NCBI GenBank assembly: GCA_964500975.1
Contig: CAZCQW010000004.1
Span: forward strand, 9,816 to 73,815
Direction of reading: 5' to 3'
From: an uncultured Gammaproteobacteria bacterium
GTDB lineage: Bacteria; Patescibacteriota; Patescibacteriia; Patescibacteriales; UBA12465
DNA: 64,000 nucleotides
Shown here piece by piece: positions 11,084-21,271 of the stretch. The position numbers and the translations under genes were made by a program. The notes under the pieces are model-generated. The model saw nothing but the letters and a program-made list of their open reading frames with translations. It was not told the origin of the DNA and ran no database searches. How positions within the stretch are numbered: the first letter of the stretch is position 1; each line of letters begins with the position of its first letter.

Positions 11084-12373
11084 ATGAAGATAAAATCGAT
11101 AAAAGCCTTACAAATATTAGACTCAAGAGGAAATCCAACTCTAGCTGCGACGGTTATTTTAGAAAATGGTGTTAGCGGTTGGGCGGCAGTTCCAAGTGGC
11201 GCTTCAACTGGTAGTTACGAAGCGGTTGAACTTCGCGATGGCGATAAAAGTGTTTATGGCGGCGCTAGTGTTTTAAATGCCGTAAAGAATATAGAAGAAA
11301 AGATCGCTCCAGCTTTAATCGGCGAAGACGCAACTGATCAAGAAAAAATTGATGAAATAATGATCGCGCTAGACGGTACTGAAAATAAAGCAGTACTTGG
11401 CGCTAATGCAATTTTAGGGGTTTCTATGGCCGTGGCTCGTGCGGCCGCGACTTCATTAAATCAACCTTTATACCAATACTTATCTAAATTTAATCCTAAC
11501 TTCAACGGTACATATAAAATGCCTGTGCCAATGATGAATGTTTTAAATGGTGGTAAGCATGCTAACTGGGCAACCGATATTCAGGAATATATGATTTTAC
11601 CAGTTGGCGCTAAATCTATTTCTCAGGCTGTTCAAATGTGCGCGGAAATTTATCAAGCTTTGAAAAAAGTTTTGAAAGAGAAGGGATATAGTATTAGCGT
11701 TGGTGATGAAGGTGGGTTTGCGCCTGCAGTTTCATCTAACGAAGAAACTTTTGATTTATTAACTGAAGCGGTTAAAAAAGCGGGTTATGAATTAGGTAAA
11801 GATATTGTTTATGGTATTGATGCCGCTGCTACTGAATTTTTTTCTGAGAATGCTTATCACTTAAAGAAAGAAAATAAAGTAATGACAAGTGAAGAAATGA
11901 TTTCTTTCTATAAAGACTTGAGTGAACGTCATCCTATTAGATCATTTGAAGATATTTTAGCCGAAGATGATTGGACAGGTTTTAAAGCCTTTACCGATGC
12001 TTTCAACTGGGAGGTTCAAGTCGTTGGAGATGATCTATATGTTACTAACGTTAAGAGACTTGAAAGAGGAATTGCTGAAAAAATTACTAATTCTATCTTA
12101 ATTAAATTAAATCAAATTGGGTCATTAACTGAAACTATTAAAGCCGTTAACGAAGCTCAAGCGAGTGGCATGACGGCCGTTATCTCTCATCGTAGTGGTG
12201 AGACTGAAGATGCGTTTATTGCTGATTTAGTAGTTGCACTTGGTACTGGTCAAATTAAAACTGGCGCTCCCGCCCGTAGCGAAAGAACAGCTAAATATAA
12301 TCGTTTAATGGCGATTGAAGCTGAACTTGATGGTAAATCAGAATACGCAAGTTTCCCATTTTTGAAGAAATAG
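11084..12373 (+). CDS. eno: Enolase
   Basis: ILDSRGNPT, VPSGASTG, GDEGGFAP, SHRSGETED, GQIKTGAP. Confidence 0.98.
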   Translation: MKIKSIKALQILDSRGNPTLAATVILENGVSGWAAVPSGASTGSYEAVELRDGDKSVYGGASVLNAVKNIEEKIAPALIGEDATDQEKIDEIMIALDGTENKAVLGANAILGVSMAVARAAATSLNQPLYQYLSKFNPNFNGTYKMPVPMMNVLNGGKHANWATDIQEYMILPVGAKSISQAVQMCAEIYQALKKVLKEKGYSISVGDEGGFAPAVSSNEETFDLLTEAVKKAGYELGKDIVYGIDAAATEFFSENAYHLKKENKVMTSEEMISFYKDLSERHPIRSFEDILAEDDWTGFKAFTDAFNWEVQVVGDDLYVTNVKRLERGIAEKITNSILIKLNQIGSLTETIKAVNEAQASGMTAVISHRSGETEDAFIADLVVALGTGQIKTGAPARSERTAKYNRLMAIEAELDGKSEYASFPFLKK

Positions 12374-12385
12374 ATTTAGGTAAAT

Positions 12386-12418
12386 AAAAAAACCACTTTT
12401 TAGAGAAGTGGTTTTTTT
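12386..12418 (+). terminator. Intrinsic terminator after eno
   Basis: aaaaaaaccactt...aagtggttttttt. Confidence 0.85.
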
Positions 12419-12496
12419 ATTGACAGAATAAGAATATTATTATAATATCATCTATTACTTTAACAAATAATTGTATAACTTTAAAAATCGTTGGCA

Positions 12497-12757
12497 ATGG
12501 AAAAATTAAAATCACTTTTAGATGAAATGCCTAATAGTAGATTGCTTATGGCTGTGTTTGGAATATTAGGAATAATAAATATTATTTTTTCCCTAATATG
12601 TCGAAATTTCCCGATAGTGGTTGTAAAAATGAATGTTATAAATACTCAGGAAAATTTTGATTTGATGCTAGTGGTTGGACTAACGATCATAGTTTTAGGC
12701 TGGGGTATGGTGGCCTTTGCATGCTTCGTAACACGTTACATTAGACAAAAAAATTAA
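12497..12757 (+). CDS. Small hypothetical membrane protein (2 TM)
   Basis: Two hydrophobic segments; own TTGACA-type promoter at 12420 and terminator near 12773-12800. Confidence 0.6.
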   Translation: MEKLKSLLDEMPNSRLLMAVFGILGIINIIFSLICRNFPIVVVKMNVINTQENFDLMLVVGLTIIVLGWGMVAFACFVTRYIRQKN

Positions 12758-12877
12758 GATTTTAAGTTGGTAAAAGAAGGACAGCTATCCTTCTTTTTTA
12801 TTTTCTCGTAGAATCGACAAATTTGTGCTATTATAGTTACAATAATAATTAATACCCTTTAAGTAGGGTAAAAAAAT

Positions 12878-13615
12878 ATGAACAAATCACAAATCTTTCT
12901 AGCTACTTTAGTTAGTCTAGCAGTGACTGCGATCGTTATTGTGGCCCTTGTTATGGCTAATAAAACTAATAATCTAGAACGTTTTTCTGTAAACGGATCC
13001 GGTACTGTTTACGCTAAAGCGGACATTGCTAATCTTGAAGTTGGTTTAAAAACTGGTGCGAAAAAAACAGCTGCCGAGGCAACTGTTGATAGTACTAATA
13101 AAATGAATAGCATTATTGCTGAGTTAAAAAAATTAGGGATTGAAGACAAGGATATTAAAACTTCAAACTATAATTTAAATCCAGTTTATAATTATACGCA
13201 AGATAAGGGTCAAGAATTAGTTGGTTATGAGGTTAACCAAAATGTAACTTTGAAAATTAGAGATTTAAGTAAAATTGGCGATGTAATTGCCAAGACAACT
13301 GAAAAGGGCGCTAATCAAGTCGGTAATGTTAGTTTTACAATTGACGATGAATTTGCTTTAAAAAACCAAGCTCGTGAATTAGCTATTAAAAAAGCTAAAG
13401 AAAAAGCTGAGTTAATTGCTAGTCAATCAGGTTTGAAATTAGGTGAACTAAAAGGTGTGTATGAAAACGCAGATCAAGGCATGCCAATTATGATGAGTTA
13501 TACTAATGCAAAAATGGAATCAGATGCTATGGGAGGCGGTATTGCTTCGCCAAGTATTCAATCAGGACAGAACGAAATTAAAGTCGATGTTACTTTAACC
13601 TACGAAGTAAAATAA
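12878..13615 (+). CDS. SIMPL (DUF541) domain protein
   Basis: V.GSG.V.AKADIA, DIKTSNYNLNPVY, GANQV, ARELAI..AK.KA. Confidence 0.9.
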   Translation: MNKSQIFLATLVSLAVTAIVIVALVMANKTNNLERFSVNGSGTVYAKADIANLEVGLKTGAKKTAAEATVDSTNKMNSIIAELKKLGIEDKDIKTSNYNLNPVYNYTQDKGQELVGYEVNQNVTLKIRDLSKIGDVIAKTTEKGANQVGNVSFTIDDEFALKNQARELAIKKAKEKAELIASQSGLKLGELKGVYENADQGMPIMMSYTNAKMESDAMGGGIASPSIQSGQNEIKVDVTLTYEVK

Positions 13616-13641
13616 ATTTAAAAAAATTTAGATAAAGTATT

Positions 13642-13673
13642 AAAAAAGAAGGGAATTAAATCCCTTCTTTTTT
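13642..13673. terminator. Bidirectional terminator between convergent SIMPL gene and greA
   Basis: aaaaaagaaggga-attaaa-tcccttctttttt. Confidence 0.85.
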
Positions 13674-13693
13674 GTTCGTCTATGCTTATATGC

Positions 13694-14191
13694 TTAAGAA
13701 ATATTTAAGATTTTATATATCTTTTCTTTATCATTAATTATAACTTTAATGATATCACCGACTTTATGATTTAAAAGCGCAGCCCCGATTGGCGAGTTGT
13801 GAGAAATTATTCCACCCGTTGGATTAGTTTCTGAACCGCCTAAAATAGTATAGGTTTTTTCTTTGCCATCAGTTTCGATAGTAACTTTGTGGCCAAGTTT
13901 AACGCTTTCTATGTCATTGCTGGGATGAAAAATCACCGCGACTTTAAGATGAGCTTCTAACTCTAAAATTCTTTGGTTTAAGCCGCGTAGTTTATGTTTC
14001 GCATCTTGGTAACCAGCGTTCTCAGAAAAATCACCCATTTCCGCTAAGCGTTTAACTTCTGAAGCGAGTGCGGGGTGAGAAGCTTTCATTCTTTCAAGTT
14101 TATTTTTGAGTTCTAAAAATTTAGCCTCAGTTAAATATGGGTCTGGTTTAGGCTTAACGTATGTTTCTTTGCGGCGATAAGGAGTTTGCAT
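13694..14191 (-). CDS. greA: Transcription elongation factor GreA/GreB family
   Basis: GDFSENAGY, ISHNSPIGAALL; start moved to ATG 14191 (MQTPYRRK). Confidence 0.9.
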   Translation of the reverse strand: MQTPYRRKETYVKPKPDPYLTEAKFLELKNKLERMKASHPALASEVKRLAEMGDFSENAGYQDAKHKLRGLNQRILELEAHLKVAVIFHPSNDIESVKLGHKVTIETDGKEKTYTILGGSETNPTGGIISHNSPIGAALLNHKVGDIIKVIINDKEKIYKILNIS

Positions 14192-14434
14192 AATCTTTAT
14201 TATTAATTCCTTAATTATACGGCGTCTCTGGCGCAAGGTCAAAATAGTTCAAAAATATGGCTTTTTTTAGCTATTTTTAGGCTTGAAATTTTTTTAAATT
14301 AGGCATAAGATAAAATATAAACTTTCTTTAACAATTAAATGAATTAGTAATAAATATTAACCACTAAAAACGCCAACTGGAGGAGGCAATTTTTTTTAAA
14401 TAATTAATAGTGTAACCCCCCCAAAAAAAATGTA

Positions 14435-15952
14435 ATGGAAACAAACAGAAAGAATAATCAGGTTCCAAAAAAACCAACTTCGGAAACGTTTAAAGAACTA
14501 ACAGGAAAGAATATTTCAGTAGTTGATACGAACATCTTGATTGAAGACCCTGGATCAATAATTGAGCTTCGTAAAGGCGGCAATTTACTTGTTATTCCTT
14601 TAGTGGATATTCACGAGCTTGATAAGCTTAAGAATGATCCTCGCATTGGTCACGAAGTTCGTGAAGCAATTCGCGAAATAAATATTTTACAGGAAGCCGA
14701 AGAACCTACCTTGATTATTGAATCAGGGATGAATTTTTCCGGCTTGAATTTTGATAGGAGTAAACCTGATCATCAAATCATTGCAACGCTTAACTATATT
14801 TATGATCACTTTTTAAAAGGTCATGATCCTTATAAAGGTTATGATAAGGTAAAAATGATTACGAATGATTTAGGCGTTAAGATATTGGCTCGTAGCATTA
14901 ATAAGAAACGACAGATCGTCGTTGAATCTTATAACAAAACACGAACCAAGATTGAAAAGAAAGATTTGGAAATTCCGATGATTGAAGTTCAGAAAGCAAT
15001 TGTTGCTGGAGATTGGAGAAAACATTTTACTTTTCCTGTTAATGGTTTAGGTAAAAAAATTCCCGACGGTTCACCGTTCATTGGATATTCCAATAAACGG
15101 AACGCTAAGAAGGGAGAATTTATTGCCATCAGACGTGGAGACGTTTTTGAAATTATTAATCCGGACATTGAAGCTTGTGGTATTAAGTCAAAAATGTCTA
15201 AAGAGGCTACTCGTCCTAATTGGGAACAGGCAGCCGCTTTATACTACGTCATGAACCCGGATTTTGATTGTGTTTTTCTTCAGGGTGGCGCCGGATCTGG
15301 CAAAACCTTGATATCAATGGCAGCCGCTTTAGCACAAAAAGGTCAAAATCAGTATAAAAAGATTATGATTTTCCGTGTCCCCGAACCGCTTGATCGTAAA
15401 AAAACACTTGGTTTATTACCTGGAGATGCGGGTGCTAAAATTGGTCTATATCTTCGTCCAATCGCGCAAGCTTTGGTTAAATTGATTAAGAATAGTCGGT
15501 CCCTAATGAAAATTGAAAGGGAGGAGCTTGAACTAACTCCTGAGCTAAAAAATGTTGGAAAAAAGAAAAATATTCAGCAACCAGCTCAACAACAAAAAAA
15601 GCCGACGAATCTGGAAGTTCATGCCGATGAAATATTTGAAAAGTATGGTATTGAAATTGCCATCCTTGAATATATCCGTGGCGAAAATCTTGATGAAGCC
15701 TTTATCCTTGTTGATGACGCGCAAAATTTATCCCTTCACGAAATGAAGAGTATGTTGACGCGTGTTGGTGAAAATTCAAAAATAATTTTTACCGGTGACT
15801 TAAATCAGATTGATAGTCCTTATCTTGATCAGAACTCGGCTGGTTTAGCTCATGCTATAAAGAAGATGGGTAGTGATCCAAGAATTGCTGTTGTTACGAT
15901 GACTCAGACTCTGCGAAGTCGAGTTGCTTCTATAGCCGAAAATTCTCTTTAA
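14435..15952 (+). CDS. PIN-PhoH fusion (PhoH2/YlaK-like RNase-helicase)
   Basis: VVDTNILI, PDHQII (PIN); GGAGSGKT, LGLLPGD, YIRG, DDAQN, TGDLNQID (PhoH). Confidence 0.9.
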   Translation: METNRKNNQVPKKPTSETFKELTGKNISVVDTNILIEDPGSIIELRKGGNLLVIPLVDIHELDKLKNDPRIGHEVREAIREINILQEAEEPTLIIESGMNFSGLNFDRSKPDHQIIATLNYIYDHFLKGHDPYKGYDKVKMITNDLGVKILARSINKKRQIVVESYNKTRTKIEKKDLEIPMIEVQKAIVAGDWRKHFTFPVNGLGKKIPDGSPFIGYSNKRNAKKGEFIAIRRGDVFEIINPDIEACGIKSKMSKEATRPNWEQAAALYYVMNPDFDCVFLQGGAGSGKTLISMAAALAQKGQNQYKKIMIFRVPEPLDRKKTLGLLPGDAGAKIGLYLRPIAQALVKLIKNSRSLMKIEREELELTPELKNVGKKKNIQQPAQQQKKPTNLEVHADEIFEKYGIEIAILEYIRGENLDEAFILVDDAQNLSLHEMKSMLTRVGENSKIIFTGDLNQIDSPYLDQNSAGLAHAIKKMGSDPRIAVVTMTQTLRSRVASIAENSL

Positions 15953-16320
15953 GTTTAACTAATAAGCTTAAAACTCAAAAGGCCTGTGCTCTGTACAGGC
16001 CTTTTTCAATATAAATTAACCCCCTAATAGTTTAATTGAAAGATTAATTATTGAGTTTATCCATAACTCCTCGCTATGTCTGCGGGGCTTATCCAGGAGC
16101 CCTCAGGAAGCCACTAGCGCGTTTAATTCTTGTGTATGTCATAAATCAAGTCTTTCGCCAATTTCTAATAAATAACTTAAAATAGAACCCATGGAGTTAA
16201 TTTGTGATATACTTATTTTTATATTATTATAAAAGAAAATAATATTATTTGCGTATTATTTATATAGATTTAAAAAATAATTAAGAAAAGCTTTATAAAG
16301 CTATAATTTTAAAAAAACAT

Positions 16321-16800
16321 ATGGAAGAGATTAAAAAAGACGATAAAAAGGATTGTTGTGGCGGTGATAATTGCTGCGACGAAAAGAATGCTTGTTGCGA
16401 CGATAAAAAGTCTTGCTGTGAAGACAAGAAATGCTGTAGTTCGACTTGTAAACCATGTCCAACAGCCCATAAAGTTATTAAAGTAATTTTGGCGTTTATT
16501 ATAGTTTTTGCTTTGCTTCGAATTGGCGCTGAGTTTGGCGAAAGACGTTCTTATAAAGACGCATATCGCTTTGACGGAGCTAATAGTTTCAAATCTTGCG
16601 GCATGATGCATGGTGAGCGTGGTGGATGCATGAACGAAGAAAAGCAAGGCGGTTGCCCGATGATGCAAAATGGAGATTCCAAGCAAGGCGGCTGCCAAGC
16701 CTTAAATAATAATGCAGGTGCTCAAGGTGGCTGTCCAATGCTAGAAACCCAAAAAGCTTCAGTGGTCGCTCCAGTGGCACCAACAACTACAGTTAAGTAA
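16321..16800 (+). CDS. Cys-rich single-pass membrane protein (metallothionein-like N-terminus)
   Basis: Five CC pairs plus CKPC, one TM, then QGGCPM-type repeats; terminator at ~16815-16848. Confidence 0.7.
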   Translation: MEEIKKDDKKDCCGGDNCCDEKNACCDDKKSCCEDKKCCSSTCKPCPTAHKVIKVILAFIIVFALLRIGAEFGERRSYKDAYRFDGANSFKSCGMMHGERGGCMNEEKQGGCPMMQNGDSKQGGCQALNNNAGAQGGCPMLETQKASVVAPVAPTTTVK

Positions 16801-16910
16801 AATATTAAATATAAACAAAAAGCCTGTTTAAAAGCAGGCTTTTTGTTTTAAAATAAGTTTCTGTTAGAATATAAGCATAAATGTAAGGTCACAAAAACAG
16901 AGCTATTTAT

Positions 16911-17852
16911 ATGTTTAATTTTTATAAAAAGAAAAATATATTTTTAATTTTAGCGGGCGTGATTATAATAATTTCAATTATTGTCTTGTTTTTGTATTTG
17001 GTTGTTAATTCAAAGTTTTCAAAAATAGAAGGTCTAAGTGTTAAGAATAATATTAATTCATATATTAATAATTTTGACATAGCGGCAAAGCTTATTATAT
17101 TAGAGACAGAGAAAAACGCAGAAATAAAAAACGATAGCAAAAAAGCCTCTATTCTTAAGGGGTTTTCAAAAAATGTGCCGATATTAATGTATCATTATAT
17201 TGATTCTGCGCCAGCCTCGTCAACTTTGAAAAGTTTATATTTAGAGCCAAAAATATTTGTCCTTCAATTAGAAGAATTGCAAAAAAATAATTATGAAACT
17301 TTATTTGTTTCCGAAGTTGCTAAGGATATAAAAAATAAAAATAGCATGAACCGTAAAATTGTTGCCCTAACTTTTGATGATGCTTACGAGGATTTTTATT
17401 CAAACGCTTTTCCTCTTCTTAAAAAATATAATACCAAGGCAACTCTTTATGTAATTATTAACGCCTTGGGAACAAAAGGATATTTAACTCGTGAGCAAGT
17501 TAGGGAGATGACTGATAGTGGTTTAGTGGAAATCGGTTCTCATACTTTTAATCACCCTGACTTAAGGAAATTAAAAATTAAGGATGCAAAATTTGAAATT
17601 GAAGCTAGTAAGAAAAAACTTGAAGCAATCTCCGGAAAAACTGTTTTAAGTTTTTGTTACCCCTTTGGTCTTTATAACAAAGATTTTTTTAGCATTCTGA
17701 GTGAAGCCTCATATTTAACGGCTATATCAACTATTCCTGGTACAAGACAGGGAGAGGAAAATATTTGGATTTTAAGAAGAATAAGGCCTAATGATAGATC
17801 GGGGCAGGTATTTATAAACTGGCTTCAGGAATGGGAAAAATCGGCTTATTAA
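16911..17852 (+). CDS. Membrane-anchored polysaccharide deacetylase (CE4/NodB)
   Basis: PILMYH, LTFDDAY, EIGSHT.NH, FCYPFG. Confidence 0.93.
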   Translation: MFNFYKKKNIFLILAGVIIIISIIVLFLYLVVNSKFSKIEGLSVKNNINSYINNFDIAAKLIILETEKNAEIKNDSKKASILKGFSKNVPILMYHYIDSAPASSTLKSLYLEPKIFVLQLEELQKNNYETLFVSEVAKDIKNKNSMNRKIVALTFDDAYEDFYSNAFPLLKKYNTKATLYVIINALGTKGYLTREQVREMTDSGLVEIGSHTFNHPDLRKLKIKDAKFEIEASKKKLEAISGKTVLSFCYPFGLYNKDFFSILSEASYLTAISTIPGTRQGEENIWILRRIRPNDRSGQVFINWLQEWEKSAY

Positions 17853-17994
17853 TTTTGTAAAATTTAATTAGTTAAAATACGGACTAACTTAGTCTGTTTT
17901 CTTGTTTTTTCTCAAAAAATGTGCTAAAATATTGGAGTATTAAATATAAAAATATAAATAAATTAAATTAAAATATCCATCCAGTGCGGACTAG

Positions 17995-18009
17995 TCCGCC
18001 CTAGGCGGA
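17995..18009. repeat. TCCGCC-CTA-GGCGGA hairpin element upstream of lemA
   Basis: Followed by GTAAAC and ATG 18021; overlaps alternative palindrome gcggactagtccgc 17986-17999. Confidence 0.75.
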
Positions 18010-18020
18010 GTAAACAAATT

Positions 18021-18596
18021 ATGAATAAAAAAATTATTATTTGGTTATCAGTTTTAGGGGTTGTTGTTTTATTGATCGGCTGGTTTTGGAGCTCCTATAA
18101 TAAGCTCGTAACCGTTAGTGAACAAGTTGATGGCCAATGGGCTCAAGTAGAGGTTCAATATCAAAGACGTTTTGATTTAATACCTAATCTTGTTAATTCT
18201 GTTCAAGGTGCTATGGGTCAAGAACAAAAGATTTTTGGTGATTTAGCTGCTGCTCGTCAAAACTATAGCGGAGCTAATACTGCTAACGCTAAGGTTGAAG
18301 CCGCTTCTCAAGTTGAAGGCGCTTTAAGCCGTTTGCTTGTTATTATGGAGAATTATCCTCAACTGAAGTCTATGGACGCGGTTAATACTTTAATGGCTCA
18401 GCTTGAAGGAACAGAAAATAGAGTAAGTGTTGAACGTGGTCGTTTTAACGAAGAAGTTAAGGGGTACAATCTTTTAACAAAACGTTTTCCAATGAGTTTA
18501 ATGGCTTCAATGTTTAATTTCTCTGAAAAGTCATATTTTGAAGTTGCGCCAGTTGCCGCTGAAGCTCCAAAAGTTGATTTCCAAGTTACTAAATAA
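18021..18596 (+). CDS. lemA: LemA family protein
   Basis: YQRRFDLIPNLV, ENYPQLK, LEGTENR. Confidence 0.95.
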   Translation: MNKKIIIWLSVLGVVVLLIGWFWSSYNKLVTVSEQVDGQWAQVEVQYQRRFDLIPNLVNSVQGAMGQEQKIFGDLAAARQNYSGANTANAKVEAASQVEGALSRLLVIMENYPQLKSMDAVNTLMAQLEGTENRVSVERGRFNEEVKGYNLLTKRFPMSLMASMFNFSEKSYFEVAPVAAEAPKVDFQVTK

Positions 18597-18625
18597 TCTT
18601 GGCCTCTCAAACTAAAAAAAATATC

Positions 18626-19528
18626 ATGCGAAAAATTTTCTTATATATATTTACTTTTTGCATACTCATATCGGTCGGATTTTCTGCTCGGGCTTATTCT
18701 AGTCCTGGAAAACCGACCGGTTTTGTTAATGATTATGCTAGTATTTTAAGTTCAAGTGAAAAAGCAGATTTAGAAAATAAACTAACCCAGTTTAGCAAAG
18801 AAACCAGTAATGAAATAACGGTGGTTACTATTAAAAGTTTAGATGGCGACTATATTGAAAATTATGCGGTTAAATTATTTGAAGATTGGAAAATTGGTAA
18901 GGATAAAAAAGATAACGGCGTTTTGCTTTTAGTTTCATTGGACGATAGAAAAATGCGTATTGAAGTTGGGTATGGTTTAGAAGGCGCGCTACCTGACGCG
19001 ACTGCTTATCAAATTGTAAACAATACTTTGAAACCTGCTTTTCAGAAGAGTGAGTATTATAGAGGAATTAATGAGGGGATTGATAAAATAATTTCCGCCA
19101 CTCATGGTGAGTATACTGCCGACCCAGAGCCAGTTGCTAAAAAGGGTTGGAATTTAAGTTTTGAGGCTTGGATATTTTTATTAATTGTTTTCTTTAATTT
19201 GATTATTTCTCTTTGGCGTTACTTGGCGAAAAGTAAACATTGGTGGGAGGGCGGAGTTTTGGGCCTAATTATCGGTCTTATAATTGCTCTTATTTTTCTT
19301 AAGACGCTAATTTATTTTATTATTTTACCACTAGTAGTTGGTGCTTTTGGTTTGCTGGCTGACTATTTAGTATCACGTGTTATTCCTCAACCAAAAAACA
19401 CCAAAGGATCTAACGATATCTGGTTTTTTGGCAGTGGGGGGTTTGGCGGAGGAAATTCAGGTGGAAGTGGTTTTGGTGGTTTTGGTGGTGGCGGATCAGG
19501 TGGTGGCGGTAGTAGCGGAAGCTGGTAA
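18626..19528 (+). CDS. TPM-domain membrane protein with Gly-rich tail
   Basis: VNDYA, DNGVLLLV, RIEVGYGLEG.LPD, GGFGGGGSGGGG; adjacent to lemA. Confidence 0.92.
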   Translation: MRKIFLYIFTFCILISVGFSARAYSSPGKPTGFVNDYASILSSSEKADLENKLTQFSKETSNEITVVTIKSLDGDYIENYAVKLFEDWKIGKDKKDNGVLLLVSLDDRKMRIEVGYGLEGALPDATAYQIVNNTLKPAFQKSEYYRGINEGIDKIISATHGEYTADPEPVAKKGWNLSFEAWIFLLIVFFNLIISLWRYLAKSKHWWEGGVLGLIIGLIIALIFLKTLIYFIILPLVVGAFGLLADYLVSRVIPQPKNTKGSNDIWFFGSGGFGGGNSGGSGFGGFGGGGSGGGGSSGSW

Positions 19529-19545
19529 AAAAATATTTGTAGTTT

Positions 19546-20007
19546 ATGTTGGATATTACTTTAGTTACAATCGGAAAGGCAAAAGATAAATCATATTTAA
19601 GCTTGATTTCTGATTATCAAAAACGTTCTAAACCATACTTAAAGCTGAAAATAGTTGAGCTTGAGAGTTTATCTTTTTCTGAAAAGACTAAGGATAAAGC
19701 TAAAGAGTTTGAAGCAGAAAGAATTCTTAATTATTTAGATAAGCAGAAAGATAATGCCGCTGTTTACTTATTAGCCGAACGTGGTGAAATTTATGACTCA
19801 ATTAATTTTGCTAATTGGTTAAATAAAAAATCTCCTTTAATTTTAGTGCTCGGTGGTTCTTTGGGGTTTAGTGATACTTTATACAATATCTACCCAAGCC
19901 TATCTTTATCACCCCTAACTTTTCCTCATGAGCTAGCCAGGGTTGTTGTAATGGAGCAGCTATATAGAGCGGCTACTATCTTACAAAAAAAGAATTATCA
20001 TTATTAA
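19546..20007 (+). CDS. rlmH: 23S rRNA m3Psi1915 methyltransferase
   Basis: LGGSLG, LSLSPLTFPHELARV..EQLYRA..I...YH. Confidence 0.93.
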   Translation: MLDITLVTIGKAKDKSYLSLISDYQKRSKPYLKLKIVELESLSFSEKTKDKAKEFEAERILNYLDKQKDNAAVYLLAERGEIYDSINFANWLNKKSPLILVLGGSLGFSDTLYNIYPSLSLSPLTFPHELARVVVMEQLYRAATILQKKNYHY

Positions 20008-20011
20008 TAAT

Positions 20012-20725
20012 ATGATTAATTTAACAAGTATTATAAAGGAATTAAAAAACGCCCAGAATAAGCCTCAGGCCTCTAATTTACAGCGCTTTTTTAAGACCGC
20101 CAAAGGTCAATATGGTTATGGCGATGTTTTTTTAGGAATTAAAGTACCGGTGACGCGTAAGATTGCTAAAAAATATACTAATTTGGAATTGAGTGATGTA
20201 TCGGTTTTATTAAAAAATAAAATACATGAATTTCGTTTAGCGGCATTACTCATTTTAGTAGAAAAGTATCAAAAGTCTAAAGACAGAAAAACTCAAGAAA
20301 AAATTGTTAAATTTTATTTGAAACACACCCCTTACATAAATAATTGGGATTTAGTTGATTTATCTGTTTATAAAATTTTGGGCGCTTATTTAATCCTAGA
20401 AGAGAAGAGAATGGAGGTTTTAGAAAAACTCGTTAAATCAAAAAATCTTTGGGAACGACGGATGGCGATGATTGCTACTTTTGCATTCATCCAAAAAGGA
20501 AGAGCGGAAGAAACAATATATTTAGCCAAGAAATTATTAAAAGATGAGCACGATTTAATGCATAAAGCAGTCGGTTGGATGCTAAGAGAAGTTGGTAAGC
20601 GAGTAAATAGAAAAACATTAACCGATTTTCTTGATGAACATGTTAAAAATATGCCTCGAACCGCTTTACGCTACGCCATTGAACATTTAGAACCCAAACA
20701 TAGAGAATCTTATTTAAAGAGGTAA
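20012..20725 (+). CDS. AlkD-like DNA alkylation repair protein
   Basis: FLGIKVP, INNWDLVD, LWERR, KAVGWMLRE, MPRTALRYAIE. Confidence 0.92.
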   Translation: MINLTSIIKELKNAQNKPQASNLQRFFKTAKGQYGYGDVFLGIKVPVTRKIAKKYTNLELSDVSVLLKNKIHEFRLAALLILVEKYQKSKDRKTQEKIVKFYLKHTPYINNWDLVDLSVYKILGAYLILEEKRMEVLEKLVKSKNLWERRMAMIATFAFIQKGRAEETIYLAKKLLKDEHDLMHKAVGWMLREVGKRVNRKTLTDFLDEHVKNMPRTALRYAIEHLEPKHRESYLKR

Positions 20726-20755
20726 ATTTGCTCATAATTTGAGCTTAATAATCAT

Positions 20756-21172
20756 ATGAATAAATACGAATCTGGTGGAGCTTTTTCCAAAGACAATCGA
20801 GCGGCAAAGTTAGAATTCGATAAGCTTTATAATGAGTTTAGGGAAATTGTTTTAAATAATAAGGATTATGCTCTTGGTAAGGCTCGCGATATTCTTGATG
20901 CGATGGACGAGAAAGATGCTAGAAAAATATTCGAAATGTTTAATTATCAAGAAGGGGCGCTGCCAGACAATTTAGCGGCTGAATATGTTAAATTAATATA
21001 TTCACCTGAAAGCCTTAAAACAAAAATGGCTCTAGGCAAAACATTTTATGAGGCTCTATCGGTAATTGCGTGGGAGATAAAAAATGCACATATAGAACTC
21101 AACCAAGATTTAATTGATGCTCAGGTTAAGATGAGCGCCAAAGAGTTGGACGCAGAGAAGCAAGAAGAATAA
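20756..21172 (+). CDS. Hypothetical protein
   Basis: 138-aa ORF filling the gap, typical start context. Confidence 0.65.
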   Translation: MNKYESGGAFSKDNRAAKLEFDKLYNEFREIVLNNKDYALGKARDILDAMDEKDARKIFEMFNYQEGALPDNLAAEYVKLIYSPESLKTKMALGKTFYEALSVIAWEIKNAHIELNQDLIDAQVKMSAKELDAEKQEE

Positions 21173-21271
21173 TAAGCGGTGGATAAATGGCCTGTTTTTT
21201 GACTGTTAAATGCTGGTCTTTTTAAAAAAAGTGTTATAATAAAAATAATAATAATTAATTAGAAAAAATAT

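Noticed and set aside
16309-16786. Minus-strand ORFs overlapping the Cys-rich gene
   Set aside because: The + ORF has coherent motifs, TM, start context and terminator
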